Part shown: positions 62,801-64,000 of the stretch, piece by piece
Position numbering within the stretch: position 1 is the first letter of the stretch
How the letters are laid out: each line of letters opens with the position of its first letter
Notes under the pieces: generated by a model
Database searches by the model: none
Seen by the model: the letters and a program-made list of their open reading frames with translations, nothing else
What the model was told of the DNA's origin: nothing
Made by a program: the position numbers and the translations under genes
From: Phallusia mammillata
Taxonomy: Eukaryota
Length of the DNA: 64,000 nucleotides
Assembly: GCA_965637545.1 (NCBI GenBank)
Contig: OZ281499.1
Coordinates: 21,080,001-21,144,000, forward strand
Direction of reading: 5' to 3'

Positions 62801-64000
62801 ATAAAACAGATTTGCGCAATTTCGGTACCACGGGCTCTAGAATCATCGCTACATGTTGGGCGAATTCGCAGCCACAAAGCTGTTAGTGTCCGTGGGTAAT
62901 ACGATCTTCCTGTGTAAATGCCAGGCGACCTTTTCAAATCCGCATTCCATCGTCTCAAGACCGAAGCCCTAGGTTGTTAATCACCGCAGCCTTCTGAGGT
63001 AAAACAAGTAGAAGGCAAAACCAAAGCAAACTGACTTCACAAAGGAGTGTTGCCGTGTTTAGTGTTGGTCGAGGTCACCACCTTTAACAGTTACGAAGTC
63101 ATCTCAACGTTTTATGACCAAAATGGCATCACGCCTATTTTGTCTGTAGTGTCGTTTTCTCAATATCTATTGTAAGCAATTTTCGCCTGAAAAAAGTGAA
63201 GCCATAAAGGTGTAGCACAGAATTGACAAGGTAACATTATTAACTATCAAGCTTGCGGCGGACATTTTAAGTGGAAACGACTGGTGATGTAATAACTCCC
63301 ACAGCCTACACTTGCCATGGTTTCCACCTTGTCATTCACACCAGAGCACACCGCTAAAATAAACACAAACAATCCAACGAGGTTGAGTCCTCTTAAAGGT
63401 GACTGAACGGTCAAGACCAAGTCTTACTTCATTTATTTGGCCAGGTGGATCAAGCACCCAAAAATATTTAAACGTGCGCCTGATTGGTTATAAAGATGCG
63501 ACTGAACAATGGATTATTAACTCCAATTGGTTTTAATGCTTTTGTCGGCTGTGTAATCATGCTTTAGGTAACGAGCGCGCCTTTGTACAACGTGATGAGC
63601 TAATCACCTTCGGACAATTACCACAAAAACGAAACAATGTTTTTAAAGCCAAGTAGCGCAATTATGGAAAGAGAACCCTCAATATTGTGAGCGTTCACGC
63701 GCTTAATGTAATTAGGCCTATTACAAAAACCACATCCCTTGACACAAGCCGGTTATTATAAAGCATTCTTGGTGCGACGAATTTGCATGTACTCTTCAAT
63801 CGGGAGCTTGTTATAGTTTCGACCATCGTCTACTCCCAAGGGTTGGTATCATACACAGAGCTAATGGCAGGATGTTGGACTGCGTGAGATCTGTAATTGC
63901 AAGTTACTAAGATGGGTTTTGTGGCCAAGAGTTGATTGCTGTGTGGTTTAAAGCAGGGTTTTGTTCATTGTGTTGTGATTATGTGATTAAATAACGTGAA

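Noticed and set aside
58400-64000. Short ORFs at the right end (e.g. 61244-61564, 62764-62958)
   Set aside because: No recognisable homology or consistent splice structure by eye.
1-64000. CRISPR arrays, rRNA and prokaryotic operons or defence systems
   Set aside because: The DNA is spliceosomal-intron eukaryotic sequence. No regularly spaced direct repeats or rRNA-like segments were seen.

Overview
AT-rich, intron-dense eukaryotic DNA, not prokaryotic. Short GT-AG introns, undepleted CpG and chordate-type exon architecture suggest an invertebrate chordate such as an ascidian, but this is an inference. (1) 762-30251, minus strand: a type II transmembrane collagen of the MACIT family (collagen XIII/XXIII/XXV-like). 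I mapped 30 candidate coding exons giving 573 in-frame codons: N-terminal TM and coiled coil, furin site RLKR, CxC, and interrupted Gly-X-Y domains. It has 8-, 15- and 21-nt microexons, a 16.5-kb intron 2 and many splicing-regulatory signals. The 3' end runs off the left edge. (2) 36460-47398, minus strand: a tandem cluster of three caspase paralogues with almost no prodomain. A is intact (QACRG), B is a pseudogene (QMCRG, two frameshifts, a stop and a hAT-like insertion), and C is intact but atypical (HICRG, long acidic linker). All three share a GC-AG intron at the same position. (3) 47400-64000: no recognisable coding gene, but motif-dense non-coding islands and an orphan promoter-like cluster at about 53810-53890. 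No tRNA, rRNA or CRISPR array is supported. Most ORFs in the supplied track are intronic, antisense or use non-ATG starts. All exon models were read by hand from splice signals and reading frame, with no database search.
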